In this document: piece after piece, positions 48,985 through 58,012 of the stretch
Numbering within the stretch: position 1 is the first letter of the stretch
How the letters are laid out: each line of letters opens with the position of its first letter
Translations under genes and position numbers: made by a program
The notes under the pieces: generated by a model
Database searches by the model: none
What the model saw: only the letters and a program-made list of their open reading frames with translations
What the model was told of the DNA's origin: nothing
NCBI GenBank assembly: GCA_041441355.1
Contig: JASDTF010000016.1
Span: forward strand, 56,899-120,898
Direction: 5' to 3'
DNA length: 64,000 bases
Origin: Propionivibrio sp.
Lineage (GTDB): Bacteria > Pseudomonadota > Gammaproteobacteria > Burkholderiales > Rhodocyclaceae

Positions 48985-49551
48985 TCAGGCAGACGCCTTC
49001 AGATACTGATACAGGGTCTCCCGGCTGATACCGTACTCCTTGGCGAGGGCCGCCTTGTTGCTCTTGGGCTCCCCTGCCTTGGCCTTCAGTTCCTCCACCT
49101 GGGCCGCTGTAAGGGCCTTCTTGCGTCCCTTATAGACGCCCTTGGCCTTGGCGATGGCGATGCCCTCCCGCTGCCGCTCACGGATCAAGGACCGCTCAAA
49201 CTCAGCCACCGCTCCCAGCATCGTCAGTAGCAGGTGCGACATGGGCGAGTCATCCCCGGTGAAGGTCAACCCTTCCTTGTGGAAGCGAACCACGACGCCC
49301 CTTCCGGTCAGCCCCTTGACGATGCCCCGGAGGTCATCAACGTTACGGGCGAGACGGTCCATCGAATGAACGTGGAAGGTGTCCCCCTCCCGGAGGTAGT
49401 CCAAGGCGGTCTGTAGTTCGGGGCGGGCGACATCCTTCCCGCTGGCCTTGTCGGTGAAGGTCTTATCGAGAGGGACGCCTTCAAGCTGCCTGTCGGTGTT
49501 CTGGTCCAGTGTCGAGACACGGACGTAGCCAATGTGCTTGCCTTTGCTCAT
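48985..49551 (-). CDS. tnpR: Serine recombinase/resolvase, Tn21/Tn501 TnpR-like
   Basis: GYVRVSTLDQN, DKASGKD, HSMDRLARN, AEFERSLIRERQREGI, C-terminal HTH. Confidence 0.93.
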   Translation of the reverse strand: MSKGKHIGYVRVSTLDQNTDRQLEGVPLDKTFTDKASGKDVARPELQTALDYLREGDTFHVHSMDRLARNVDDLRGIVKGLTGRGVVVRFHKEGLTFTGDDSPMSHLLLTMLGAVAEFERSLIRERQREGIAIAKAKGVYKGRKKALTAAQVEELKAKAGEPKSNKAALAKEYGISRETLYQYLKASA

Positions 49552-49572
49552 GGAGGTCTTCCCTGGTTGAAG

Positions 49573-49692
49573 TGTCAGGAAAGACTCTAAGACGTACAAT
49601 GGCTTGTGTCAAGAAAATCCAAAATGGACCCTATCCCTACGCACCTGAAGGGGCCTGGCTGACGTCAGGCTGGCCTACACCCCACACTGACG
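49573..49692 (-). promoter_or_regulatory. Three-subsite res site (Tn21-like)
   Basis: Site I CGTCAG-N18-CTGACG (49663-49692); minus-strand GGATAGGGTCCATTTTGGATTTTCTTGACA and GTCTTAGAGTCTTTCCTGACA resemble Tn21 sites II/III as recalled. Confidence 0.8.
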
Positions 49693-50121
49693 ACGGCACC
49701 AGGACACAAGGAAGAAGGCTGTTTGTGGTCGTGACCCGTGATGCCTCGGGCGTTCCACTCAGCTTAAGAAGGGGCCCGGCCCGTAAGGTGATGGGCACAA
49801 GATGGGAGGTGACTTACCCCATACGGGGGGAGTTCTCAGGAGCGAGAATATCGTATGCCCTCTCGGATTTTCCCAGCAAAACATTCTGCCCTTGCTTGTC
49901 GGTTGAGGACACGTTTGGAGGGCGTAACGCTCTGGGGCGTTCGGCTGGCGAGAGCAGAAGAGCCTCCGATAGAACTGTAGTCGAGGTATTTTTCGCTTCT
50001 AGGTGATTATTGTGAGAGAATGCGCACCCTGCGGTGCAGGATAGCACCACAAACCTGTTACACAGCTGTTTTGACTGGCCGTCGTAAGTGCTTCAAAGAC
50101 AAGAGATTTATCTCTGGTTCC

Positions 50122-50143
50122 TCGAATCGTCTCGGGCGCGCCA
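50122..50143 (+). repeat. attR core, 22-bp direct repeat
   Basis: tcgaatcgtctcgggcgcgcca, identical to 43995-44016. Confidence 0.93.
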
Positions 50144-50192
50144 GTTCAAAATCGAGAGCCGGCCGACAGGTTGGTTTTTGTTTTTTGGCAGC

Positions 50193-50269
50193 GCGCCCGT
50201 AGCTCAGTTGGATAGAGTACTTGGCTACGAACCAAGGGGTCGGGCGTTCGAATCGCTCCGGGCGCGCCA
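50193..50269 (+). tRNA. tRNA-Arg(ACG)
   Basis: 77 nt; anticodon stem CTTGG/CCAAG with loop CTACGAA; encoded CCA. Confidence 0.97.
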
Positions 50270-50276
50270 AGAATTG

Positions 50277-50310
50277 AATGGGCTAGGTGATCATCACCTA
50301 GCCCATTTTT
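50277..50310. terminator. Bidirectional intrinsic terminator
   Basis: aatgggctaggtgat-c-atcacctagcccatt followed by a T-run. Confidence 0.88.
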
Positions 50311-50352
50311 ATTTTGCGCAAACCCGTGCCGGTGCGGGATGATTTGTTTTGG

Positions 50353-52026
50353 CTAATGCGCAATCTGGAACCGTCCGACGTCATCTCGCAAGCGGATTGC
50401 CAGGTGATCGAGTTGAGTGGCGGTGTCGGCCACCGTTTCCATGGAGTGGTTGTTGCCGTCGATCATCTGCGCGATGGTTTCGACGCGCCCTGCAATGTCC
50501 TGGCTGGCGACGGCTTGCTCTCTGAGTGCGCGGGAGACATCGTCCACGATCGCGACCACCTGCGTTGCGCCTCCGAGGATGGCCTCGATGGAGGCGCCAG
50601 TTTTTTCTGCAATGGCCATGCCTGCTTTCACTTGCTCGACCGACAAGGTCATTTGCGAAGCCATGGCTTGAGCGCCTTGCTGCATGGATGTAATCATGGT
50701 GGCGATCTCTTGGGCCGAGGTGCCGGTTTTCTCCGCTAGTTTTCGAACTTCATCGGCAACCACCGCAAAGCCGCGGCCTTGTTCTCCGGCGCGGGCGGCT
50801 TCAATGGCCGCATTTAGGGCCAGCAGATTGGTCTGGTCGGCCACTTCCTTGATCACGGCAGTGACATTGGAGACTTGGTCCGAAGCCTTTTGAAGCGCCT
50901 CGGCCGATTGTGCAGCGGTTTCTATGGATCGGGCGATGAGGCCGATGTCATGGACCATGGCGTGGATCTGTTCAGAGCCTTTTTGGGCTGCTTGGCCCGA
51001 TTCGCTCGAAATGCGTTGCGCTTCGGCGGACAAGTCCGAGACGTGCGTGATGCTCGTCGACATTTCTTCCAGTGCTGCTGCCATCGAGGCGGTGGACTCC
51101 GACTGTTCTTCGGAGCCTTTGAGAACCTGGGCAGAAATCGCGTTGAGCCCGTTGGATGCGTTTCCAAGATCCACGGACTGTGCTTGAAGGTCGCGCAGCA
51201 TTCTGGAAAGTTCGGAGACCATCGTCACCGTTGCACGCTGCAGGCGTGCCAGTTCATCCTTGCGGGATGTGTCGACTTGGATGCGCACGGTGAGATCGCC
51301 AGCAGAAACTTTTTCCATGGTGCTGACCGTTTCATTCAAAGGAGAGACGATCGATTTTCCGAGGGCGAGACCGAAAAGCACCAAGGAGACGACAGCAGCA
51401 AAGAAAACCGAAATGGCTGCCGTCTGCGCAAAACTGGCGGCATTGAGCGCGAAATCCACACTCTTTTTTGCTTCCCTTGTATTTAATTCGATGATGGCTT
51501 GAAGGCTTTCGCCAAGTTCGCGAGTGATTGCGCGACGTGTTTCCACCATTTTTTGGTGCTCATTGGCCGCATTGCGCAAGGACTCGTCGCTTAGATTGTC
51601 GATCGTGGATTTGTGGATGGTGAGTACTTTTTTCTCCAGTTCAAACCAGTTGTTCCATGTCCCGTGAAATTTATTCCAAGCGGCCTGTTCTTCTGCATCC
51701 GCAGGCAAGGCTTGGTATTGTTTGATCGCGTTTTCCGCGCGTTTGATCGCATCCAGCTTGCGGGTGTAGGCAATTTCGATCTCTGCCTTTTTCTTTTCCA
51801 AGGAAGGGAGGCGATCCGCAGCGGTAAAGGTGTAGAGGTTGCGAGACAGGTCAGTGATGGCTTCTTTGATGACCAGAAGGTAATTGACCGATGGCATCCG
51901 ATTGTGCCCGATGTCGGCAATCGCGGCGTTATTCTTGGCGAGGCCAATGACGCCGACCCCACCCACAATCAGAATTGCCAAGCAACTGACAGCAATCAGA
52001 AGAAGTAATTTTTTTTGAATTGTCAT
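50353..52026 (-). CDS. Methyl-accepting chemotaxis protein (4HB sensor-HAMP-MCP)
   Basis: Two TM segments; [35 protein letters not shown]. Confidence 0.95.
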   Translation of the reverse strand: MTIQKKLLLLIAVSCLAILIVGGVGVIGLAKNNAAIADIGHNRMPSVNYLLVIKEAITDLSRNLYTFTAADRLPSLEKKKAEIEIAYTRKLDAIKRAENAIKQYQALPADAEEQAAWNKFHGTWNNWFELEKKVLTIHKSTIDNLSDESLRNAANEHQKMVETRRAITRELGESLQAIIELNTREAKKSVDFALNAASFAQTAAISVFFAAVVSLVLFGLALGKSIVSPLNETVSTMEKVSAGDLTVRIQVDTSRKDELARLQRATVTMVSELSRMLRDLQAQSVDLGNASNGLNAISAQVLKGSEEQSESTASMAAALEEMSTSITHVSDLSAEAQRISSESGQAAQKGSEQIHAMVHDIGLIARSIETAAQSAEALQKASDQVSNVTAVIKEVADQTNLLALNAAIEAARAGEQGRGFAVVADEVRKLAEKTGTSAQEIATMITSMQQGAQAMASQMTLSVEQVKAGMAIAEKTGASIEAILGGATQVVAIVDDVSRALREQAVASQDIAGRVETIAQMIDGNNHSMETVADTATQLDHLAIRLRDDVGRFQIAH

Positions 52027-52596
52027 TGCTGCTCCCGCGGCGGTTTGATTGATACGGATTCCTGCGTGCACGACTTTGATTCAGGGCTTGAAAAACAGTC
52101 GATGGAACGTTCTTTCAGATTGATCTGAGACGACTCCCGGGTTACAAACTGTCCAAAACAATCGAGGGGAGGTGATGGCGCGCAGGTCGCCACGGAAAGC
52201 ATGACGGCCGGCACGGGCCAGGCTTTGCGGCGCCTTTTCTGATGCCGCGTCCTCCGTAACCAAATCTAAGTCCACAATTTTGGTGTGGGCAATAATTGTT
52301 TTACGGTTACCAAGCCCTTGGAACGACAAATGTCTTTCAGCCAACGACGGGGCAATTTTCCGGAGCCAAGCGCTTGTGTTTCGACAAGGGTCCGGGGGCA
52401 CGAAGGCGCCCGCTCCGGGCTATGACCTTCGTTTGATTTGTGAATGGGTTTTTTTGTGGTAAAAACGCAGCGCCCAGTAGGGGCATGCTGCGTTTTCGTG
52501 CCCGGCGACCGTTGTCGCGGGGCGCCTGATCCCGGCATCCGGACTGCATTTCAGTACTCCCGCAGCTTCTCCCGCCGCACTTTCGAGCCGTTGTTC

Positions 52597-53670
52597 ATGA
52601 GCGCTTTTTTAACGCCCCCCTGGTTTCCGCGAGCCAAAAAAATCTTCTGGTTGTCCGTCGTTTTTGGCGTCGTGGCCTGGTCGCTCTGGCTCTTGTACTT
52701 GAAGTTGTGCGCTGAAGTTGCGAGCGACCCGGCCGCGCGCGCGCTGCTGGTCTCGGGCGGGTTCTGGGTCAGCCTCAAGGTCATTGCCGAATCGATCGGC
52801 AGCAGCATCTGCAACGTTTCCAAGGCGAGCTATATGCTGGCCGCAGCGTCGGCGCTGCTGGCCTACGCGGCGTTGGCGTGGTACGACCGCATTGCGCTGA
52901 TCCACCTCAATCGCCAGGACGAGATTTCCTGGCCTTTCGTGGCCTCGTGCTCGTTCGTGACCTATGCGCTGGGGCACAACATCGGGGCCTCGGTGCTGTC
53001 GGGCGGGCTGGTGCGCCTGCGGGCCTACGGCTCCTGCGGGCTCAGCGCGGCAGAAGTCGCCATCCTCGTCGCCTTGTGTTCATTCACCTTTGCCTACGGC
53101 ACCGTGCTGTTGACGGGTTTTGTCCTGTTCGTCGAGCCGGAGATCGTCCAGCCCTTGGCCACGCTCATCCCGCGGCTCGACCTGCCCGCGGGGGTGGTTC
53201 AGGCGGTGGGGGCGACGATGCTGGGGCTGTGCGCGCTTTACGTGCTTGGCTCGTGGCGCCACTTCAAGCCGCTGCATTTCCGCTCGGTGCATATCGTCTA
53301 TCCGCGTCTGCCCGTGGTGGTTCGGCAGCTGATCGCCGCGCCGCTGGAGCTGATCGCCGCGGCGGGCATCATTTACTTCGTGCTGCCGGAGACGGGGAAC
53401 CCCGGTTTCCTGGTGGTCCTCGGCGCCTTCATGCTCTCGTTCTCGGCGGGTTTGCTGTCGCAGACCCCGGGCGGGATCGGCGTCATGGAAGCCGTCTTCC
53501 TGGCGCTTTTGCCTTCGGTGCCCCCATCCGACACCGTCGCCGCGCTCCTCATCTGGCGCCTGATGTACCTCATGATTCCCTTGGCCCTGTCGGTGCCGCT
53601 CATCGTGGCCTTCGAACGCCTCCAGCTGCGCGACGGCGGCAAGAAGCTGGCGGCCTCGCCCGCGAACTGA
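52597..53670 (+). CDS. Lysylphosphatidylglycerol synthase TM-domain/flippase-like protein (YbhN/UPF0104)
   Basis: YALGHNIGASVLSGGLVRLRAY, SQTPGGIGVMEA, AALLIWRLMY. Confidence 0.82.
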   Translation: MSAFLTPPWFPRAKKIFWLSVVFGVVAWSLWLLYLKLCAEVASDPAARALLVSGGFWVSLKVIAESIGSSICNVSKASYMLAAASALLAYAALAWYDRIALIHLNRQDEISWPFVASCSFVTYALGHNIGASVLSGGLVRLRAYGSCGLSAAEVAILVALCSFTFAYGTVLLTGFVLFVEPEIVQPLATLIPRLDLPAGVVQAVGATMLGLCALYVLGSWRHFKPLHFRSVHIVYPRLPVVVRQLIAAPLELIAAAGIIYFVLPETGNPGFLVVLGAFMLSFSAGLLSQTPGGIGVMEAVFLALLPSVPPSDTVAALLIWRLMYLMIPLALSVPLIVAFERLQLRDGGKKLAASPAN

Positions 53671-53829
53671 CGAACCGGGCGTTGGCCTGCGGTGCGCGTC
53701 GAACCGGCACGCAAGGCGCTTCGCCGGTGCCGCTGTAGCACGCCTCCGAGGCCGATTGCAGGCGTTCTGCGGGCTGCGCAGGGCGCGCATCCGATAGAAT
53801 GTGAGGCTCCCGCTCACAAGGAATGAAAC

Positions 53830-55515
53830 ATGATTTCGAAAATCGTCAAAAGCGACCTGGAAATCGCGCAAGGCGCCGTACTCCCTCACATCAACGACAT
53901 CGCCCGCGGTCTGGGCGTCGATCCCGAAGTGCTCGAGCACTACGGCAAATACAAGGCCAAGCTGCCGCTCGATCTGATCGACCCGGCCAAGGTGGAAAAA
54001 GCCAAGCTGGTGCTGGTGACGGCGATTACGCCGACGCCGCCGGGCGAGGGCAAGACCACGGTATCGGTGGGCCTCACCGATGGCCTCAACCGCATCGGCA
54101 AGAAGACCACGGTGGTGCTGCGCGAACCGTCGCTCGGGCCGGTGTTCGGCATCAAGGGCGGGGCCACGGGCGGCGGCCATTCGCAGGTGGTGCCGATGGA
54201 AGACATCAACCTGCATTTCACGGGCGACTTCGCGGCGATCGAGAAAGCCAACAACCTGCTGGCGGCGCTGATCGACAACAACGTCTACTACCCGAAGGGG
54301 AACCTGGGCATCGACCCGCGCACGGTGAAGTGGAAGCGGGTGCTGGACATGAACGACCGCTCGCTGCGCAGCATCATCACCGGCCTCGGCGGCCGCCCGG
54401 GCGGGACGCCGCGCGAGGCGGGCTTCAACATCACGGCGGCGTCCGAGATCATGGCCATCCTGTGCCTGGCCGAGTCCTTCGCCGACCTGAAGACCAAGCT
54501 CGGCAACATCTACGTCGGCGACACCTACGACAATGCACCGGTCTACTGCCGCGACCTCAACGCGCAGGGCGCCATGGCCGCGTTGCTCAAGGATGCGATC
54601 AAGCCCAATCTGGTGCAGACGCTGGAGGGCAACCCGGCGATCATCCACGGCGGTCCCTTCGCCAACATCGCGCAGGGCACCAATTCGATCCTGGCGACCA
54701 AGCTGGGCCTCTCGCTCTCGGATTACGTGGTCACCGAGGCGGGCTTCGGCGCCGACCTGGGGGCGGAGAAGTTCCTCAACATCAAGTGCGGCTATTCGGG
54801 CCTCAGCCCTTCGGCGGTGGTCATCGTGGCCACCGTGCGGGCGCTCAAGTACCACGGCGGGCACGACCCGAAGGCGCTGACCACGCCCGATCTGGCGGCG
54901 CTCAAGGCGGGCTTCGTCAATCTGGAAAAACACCTCGAGAACATCGCCCACTTCGGCCTGCCGGCGGTGGTGGCGATCAACCGCTTCGCCAGCGACAGCG
55001 AGGAAGAACTGGACTACCTGAAGACGGCGTGCGCAGCCCTCGGCGCGCGCACCGCGCTTTCCGACGGTTGGGCGCGGGGCGGCGCGGGGATGACCGATCT
55101 GGCGCAGGCGGTGGTGGAGACGGCGGAAGGGTTCAGCGGTCGCTACCGGCCGCTCTACGACTGGAACAGCGACATCAAGAGCAAGGTGGAAACCGTGGCG
55201 CGCAAGATCTACGGGGCCGGCTCGGTGAGCTTCCAGGCCAAGGCGCTGGCCGACATCAAGCACATCGAAAGCCTGGGCCTCGCCCATCTGCCGGTGTGCA
55301 TCGCCAAGACGCAGAAGTCCTTCACCAACAACGAGGCGCTGGTCGGGCGCCCGAGCGGCTTCGATTTCTCGGTGCGCGAATTCGAAATCGCCGCCGGGGC
55401 GGGCTTCCTGGTGCCGATCGCCGGGGCGATGATGCGCCTGCCGGGCCTGCCGGCCTCGCCCGCGGCGCTGAACATCGACATCGACGAACGCGGGGTGATC
55501 AGCGGCCTTTCGTGA
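53830..55515 (+). CDS. fhs: Formate--tetrahydrofolate ligase
   Basis: TPTPPGEGKTT, REPSLGP, INLHFTGD, HGGPFANIA, TEAGFGADLGAEKF, MMRLPGL. Confidence 0.96.
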   Translation: MISKIVKSDLEIAQGAVLPHINDIARGLGVDPEVLEHYGKYKAKLPLDLIDPAKVEKAKLVLVTAITPTPPGEGKTTVSVGLTDGLNRIGKKTTVVLREPSLGPVFGIKGGATGGGHSQVVPMEDINLHFTGDFAAIEKANNLLAALIDNNVYYPKGNLGIDPRTVKWKRVLDMNDRSLRSIITGLGGRPGGTPREAGFNITAASEIMAILCLAESFADLKTKLGNIYVGDTYDNAPVYCRDLNAQGAMAALLKDAIKPNLVQTLEGNPAIIHGGPFANIAQGTNSILATKLGLSLSDYVVTEAGFGADLGAEKFLNIKCGYSGLSPSAVVIVATVRALKYHGGHDPKALTTPDLAALKAGFVNLEKHLENIAHFGLPAVVAINRFASDSEEELDYLKTACAALGARTALSDGWARGGAGMTDLAQAVVETAEGFSGRYRPLYDWNSDIKSKVETVARKIYGAGSVSFQAKALADIKHIESLGLAHLPVCIAKTQKSFTNNEALVGRPSGFDFSVREFEIAAGAGFLVPIAGAMMRLPGLPASPAALNIDIDERGVISGLS

Positions 55516-55581
55516 TTCGAGCGCAAGCCGCGGAGTGCGGCGCGCTGGCGTGGGCGGGCATCATCGGGGCATACTCTCCCG

Positions 55582-56736
55582 ATGAGGCCTGAGCCCATGA
55601 CCCCCACGAAGACGAAGGAAACGCGGCCCGACGACCGCGACGAGGCCCGCTGGCAGGCCGTGCGGACGCGCGATGCCAAAGCCGACGGCAGCTTCTGGTA
55701 CGGCGTGCGCAGCACCGGAGTGTATTGCCGCCCGTCCTGCCCGTCGCGGCCGGCGCGGCGCGAGAACGTGAGCTTCTGGTCCAGCCCCGCCGAGGCCGAG
55801 GCGGCAGGATTCCGGCCGTGCAAGCGCTGCCGCCCAGAGGCCGGTGCAGCGGCCCCGCACGCGGCGGCCATCGAGCGCACCTGCCGCGCCATCGAGGCCG
55901 CCGAAGCTGCCGGGGCCGACGCAGCGCCGCCGTCGCTGGACGCGCTGGCGCAGATCGCCGGGCTGAGCCCTTACCACTTCCATCGCGTGTTCAAGGCCCT
56001 GACCGGGCTGACGCCGCGCCAGTACGCGGCGGCGCGGCGGGCCGCGCGAGTGCGGGAAGAGCTGCGGCCCGGACGCAGCGTCACGGCGGCGTACTACGAG
56101 GCGGGTTTCAACTCCTCCGGCCGTTTCTACGAACACGCCGGAGATTTGCTCGGCATGCCGCCGCGCCGCTACCGCGACGGCGGCGCGGGCGAGACCATCC
56201 GCTTCGGCGTCGGCCAATGCCGGCTCGGCGCCCTTCTCGTTGCCGCCACCGAACGCGGCGTCTGCTGCATCGACCTCGGCGACGACCCGCAAGCGCTGGT
56301 GCACGGCTTGCAGGATCGCTTTCCCAGGGCGGAGCTGGTCGGCGGCGATGCGCAGTTCGAGGGCTGGATGGCCGCGGTGGTCGGGCTCGTGGAAGCGCCC
56401 GCCGGTACGGGCAGAGACGGCGGGCTGCCGCTCGACGTGCGCGGCACGGCCTTCCAGCGGCGCGTCTGGCAGGCGTTAAGCGAAATTCCGCTCGGTTCGA
56501 CCGCAAGCTACACCGAGGTGGCCGCGCGCATCGGCGCGCCCAGCGCGGCGCGGGCGGTGGCGCGCGCCTGCGCCGACAACCGGCTGGCGGTGGCGATTCC
56601 GTGCCATCGGGTGGTGCGCCAGGATGGCGGCCTCTCCGGCTACCGCTGGGGCGTGGCGCGCAAGGCGGCGCTGCTGGCGCACGAGGCGGAAGCGGTGGGC
56701 GCGGTGGATGCGGCCACTTGGCGAGGGCGCGAATGA
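55582..56736 (+). CDS. ada: Bifunctional Ada regulator / O6-methylguanine-DNA methyltransferase
   Basis: Zn site CRPSC...FRPCKRC; AraC HTH; PCHRV active site; start 55582 or 55597. Confidence 0.94.
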   Translation: MRPEPMTPTKTKETRPDDRDEARWQAVRTRDAKADGSFWYGVRSTGVYCRPSCPSRPARRENVSFWSSPAEAEAAGFRPCKRCRPEAGAAAPHAAAIERTCRAIEAAEAAGADAAPPSLDALAQIAGLSPYHFHRVFKALTGLTPRQYAAARRAARVREELRPGRSVTAAYYEAGFNSSGRFYEHAGDLLGMPPRRYRDGGAGETIRFGVGQCRLGALLVAATERGVCCIDLGDDPQALVHGLQDRFPRAELVGGDAQFEGWMAAVVGLVEAPAGTGRDGGLPLDVRGTAFQRRVWQALSEIPLGSTASYTEVAARIGAPSAARAVARACADNRLAVAIPCHRVVRQDGGLSGYRWGVARKAALLAHEAEAVGAVDAATWRGRE

Positions 56737-57953
56737 GGGCGGTGGCCGAACCTTTCCTTCGTTTGGCGGCGTCCAACCTGGCGGCGCAGTCGGCCCAGCA
56801 GATCGGACTGGCGGCGGCGCCGCTGGTGGCGGTGCTGGCCCTGGGCAGCGACGTGGCCGGCACCGGGCTGCTGCAGGTGGCGCAGACCTTGCCCTTCCTC
56901 TTGTTCGCGGTGCCTTTGGGCGTGCTCGCCGACCGTACCGCGCGCCGCCGCCTGATGGCGGCGGGCGAACTGCTGCGGGCCGTGGCCTTCCTCGCCATCG
57001 TGGCGCTGGCGGCGGCGGGAAAGCTGGATTTGCTCGGCTTGGCGCTGCTGGCCTTTGTCGGTACCGTCGGCGCGGTGGCCTACAGCGTGGCCACGCCGGC
57101 CTTGATCCCCGCGCTGGTGCCGCACACGCGGCTGGCGCGCGCCAACAGCCAGATCGAACTGGTGCGCAGCCTGGCGCTGACGGGCGGGCCGGCCCTGGCC
57201 GGCCTGCTGGTCGGGCTGACCGGCGTCGGCGTCGCCTTCACCCTGGCCGCCGGCCTGTCGGTGCTTGCCGCCGCAGCCCTGATCGGCCTGCCCGAAGGGC
57301 CGGTGCGGCTGGGCGCGCGCCGCGCGTTCGCCACCGAGTTGTGCGAGGGCGCGGTCTTCGCGTTCAAGCAGCCCTTGCTGCGGCCGATGCTGGTCACCTC
57401 GATGCTCTTCAACATCGCTTACGTGGCCTTGCAGACGGCCTACGTGCCTTATGCGGTGCGGCAGCTGGGCCTGAGCGGCGGCGGCATCGGCCTGACCCTC
57501 GCCGCGTATGGCGTAGGCATGGTGACCTTCGCGGTGGCGATGCCCTTCATCATCCGGCGCTGGCGGGCCGGCGCGCAGCTGGTCATCGGCCCCTATGGTG
57601 CGCTCGTCGCCAGCGCCGCGATGCTGGCGACGCTGTACTGGCCGTCGGCGTGGCTGGCCGGCCTGTGCTTCTTCATCCTCGGCACCGGGTCGGTGTCCTG
57701 GAGCGTGACGGCCACCACCCTGCGTCAGGCGGTGACGCCGCCGTCGCTGCTGGGGCGGGTGTCGTCGCTGAACACGCTGGCCACCTACGGGGCGCGCCCG
57801 CTGGGCGCCGCGCTGGCCGCCGCGGTCGGCTTGCTGGGCGGCGAGGTGGCCTGCCTGGCCTTCTCGGCCTTGTGCTTCGCGGTCCAGGCGGTCTATCTCG
57901 CCGTTTCTCCCGTCCCCCGCTTGTCCCGCCTGCCCGAACCGACGGAGCGTTGA
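56733..57953 (+). CDS. MFS transporter (DHA3/macrolide-efflux-like)
   Basis: About 12 TM; GVLADRTARRRLM motif A; LRQAVTPPSLLGRVSS; ATGA overlap with ada. Confidence 0.85.
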   Translation: MRAVAEPFLRLAASNLAAQSAQQIGLAAAPLVAVLALGSDVAGTGLLQVAQTLPFLLFAVPLGVLADRTARRRLMAAGELLRAVAFLAIVALAAAGKLDLLGLALLAFVGTVGAVAYSVATPALIPALVPHTRLARANSQIELVRSLALTGGPALAGLLVGLTGVGVAFTLAAGLSVLAAAALIGLPEGPVRLGARRAFATELCEGAVFAFKQPLLRPMLVTSMLFNIAYVALQTAYVPYAVRQLGLSGGGIGLTLAAYGVGMVTFAVAMPFIIRRWRAGAQLVIGPYGALVASAAMLATLYWPSAWLAGLCFFILGTGSVSWSVTATTLRQAVTPPSLLGRVSSLNTLATYGARPLGAALAAAVGLLGGEVACLAFSALCFAVQAVYLAVSPVPRLSRLPEPTER

Positions 57954-58012
57954 ACCGGGGGGGCGGGAGGGTGGGGCTTGAGCCATAAAGGGCGTCGCGG
58001 CAAGCGCAGGGC

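Larger units (their letters stand above)
44017..50143. mobile_element. ~6.1 kb integrative element in tRNA-Arg(CCG)
   Basis: 22-bp att duplication; tyrosine integrase at the left end; serine resolvase plus res; visibly lower GC and atypical codon use. Confidence 0.92.

Noticed and set aside
49509-50050. ORFs 49509..50006+ and 49814..50050-
   Set aside because: They overlap the res site and attR arm region, and show no motifs or convincing RBS; probably non-coding.
52180-52260. c-di-GMP-I / c-AMP-GMP riboswitch fragments (ACGGAAAGC on plus, GCCGCAAAGCC on minus) near the MCP
   Set aside because: The upstream GGYAAA element and a proper tetraloop/receptor P2 are missing on both strands; a cmsearch would settle it.
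53671-53829. ZMP/ZTP (pfl) or THF riboswitch upstream of fhs
   Set aside because: The conserved GACTGGCG and GCCTGGGC elements are absent.
55514-55526. Ada box (GAT-N6-GCAA)
   Set aside because: Box A mismatches AAT, overlaps the fhs stop codon, and sits about one turn too far from the candidate -10.
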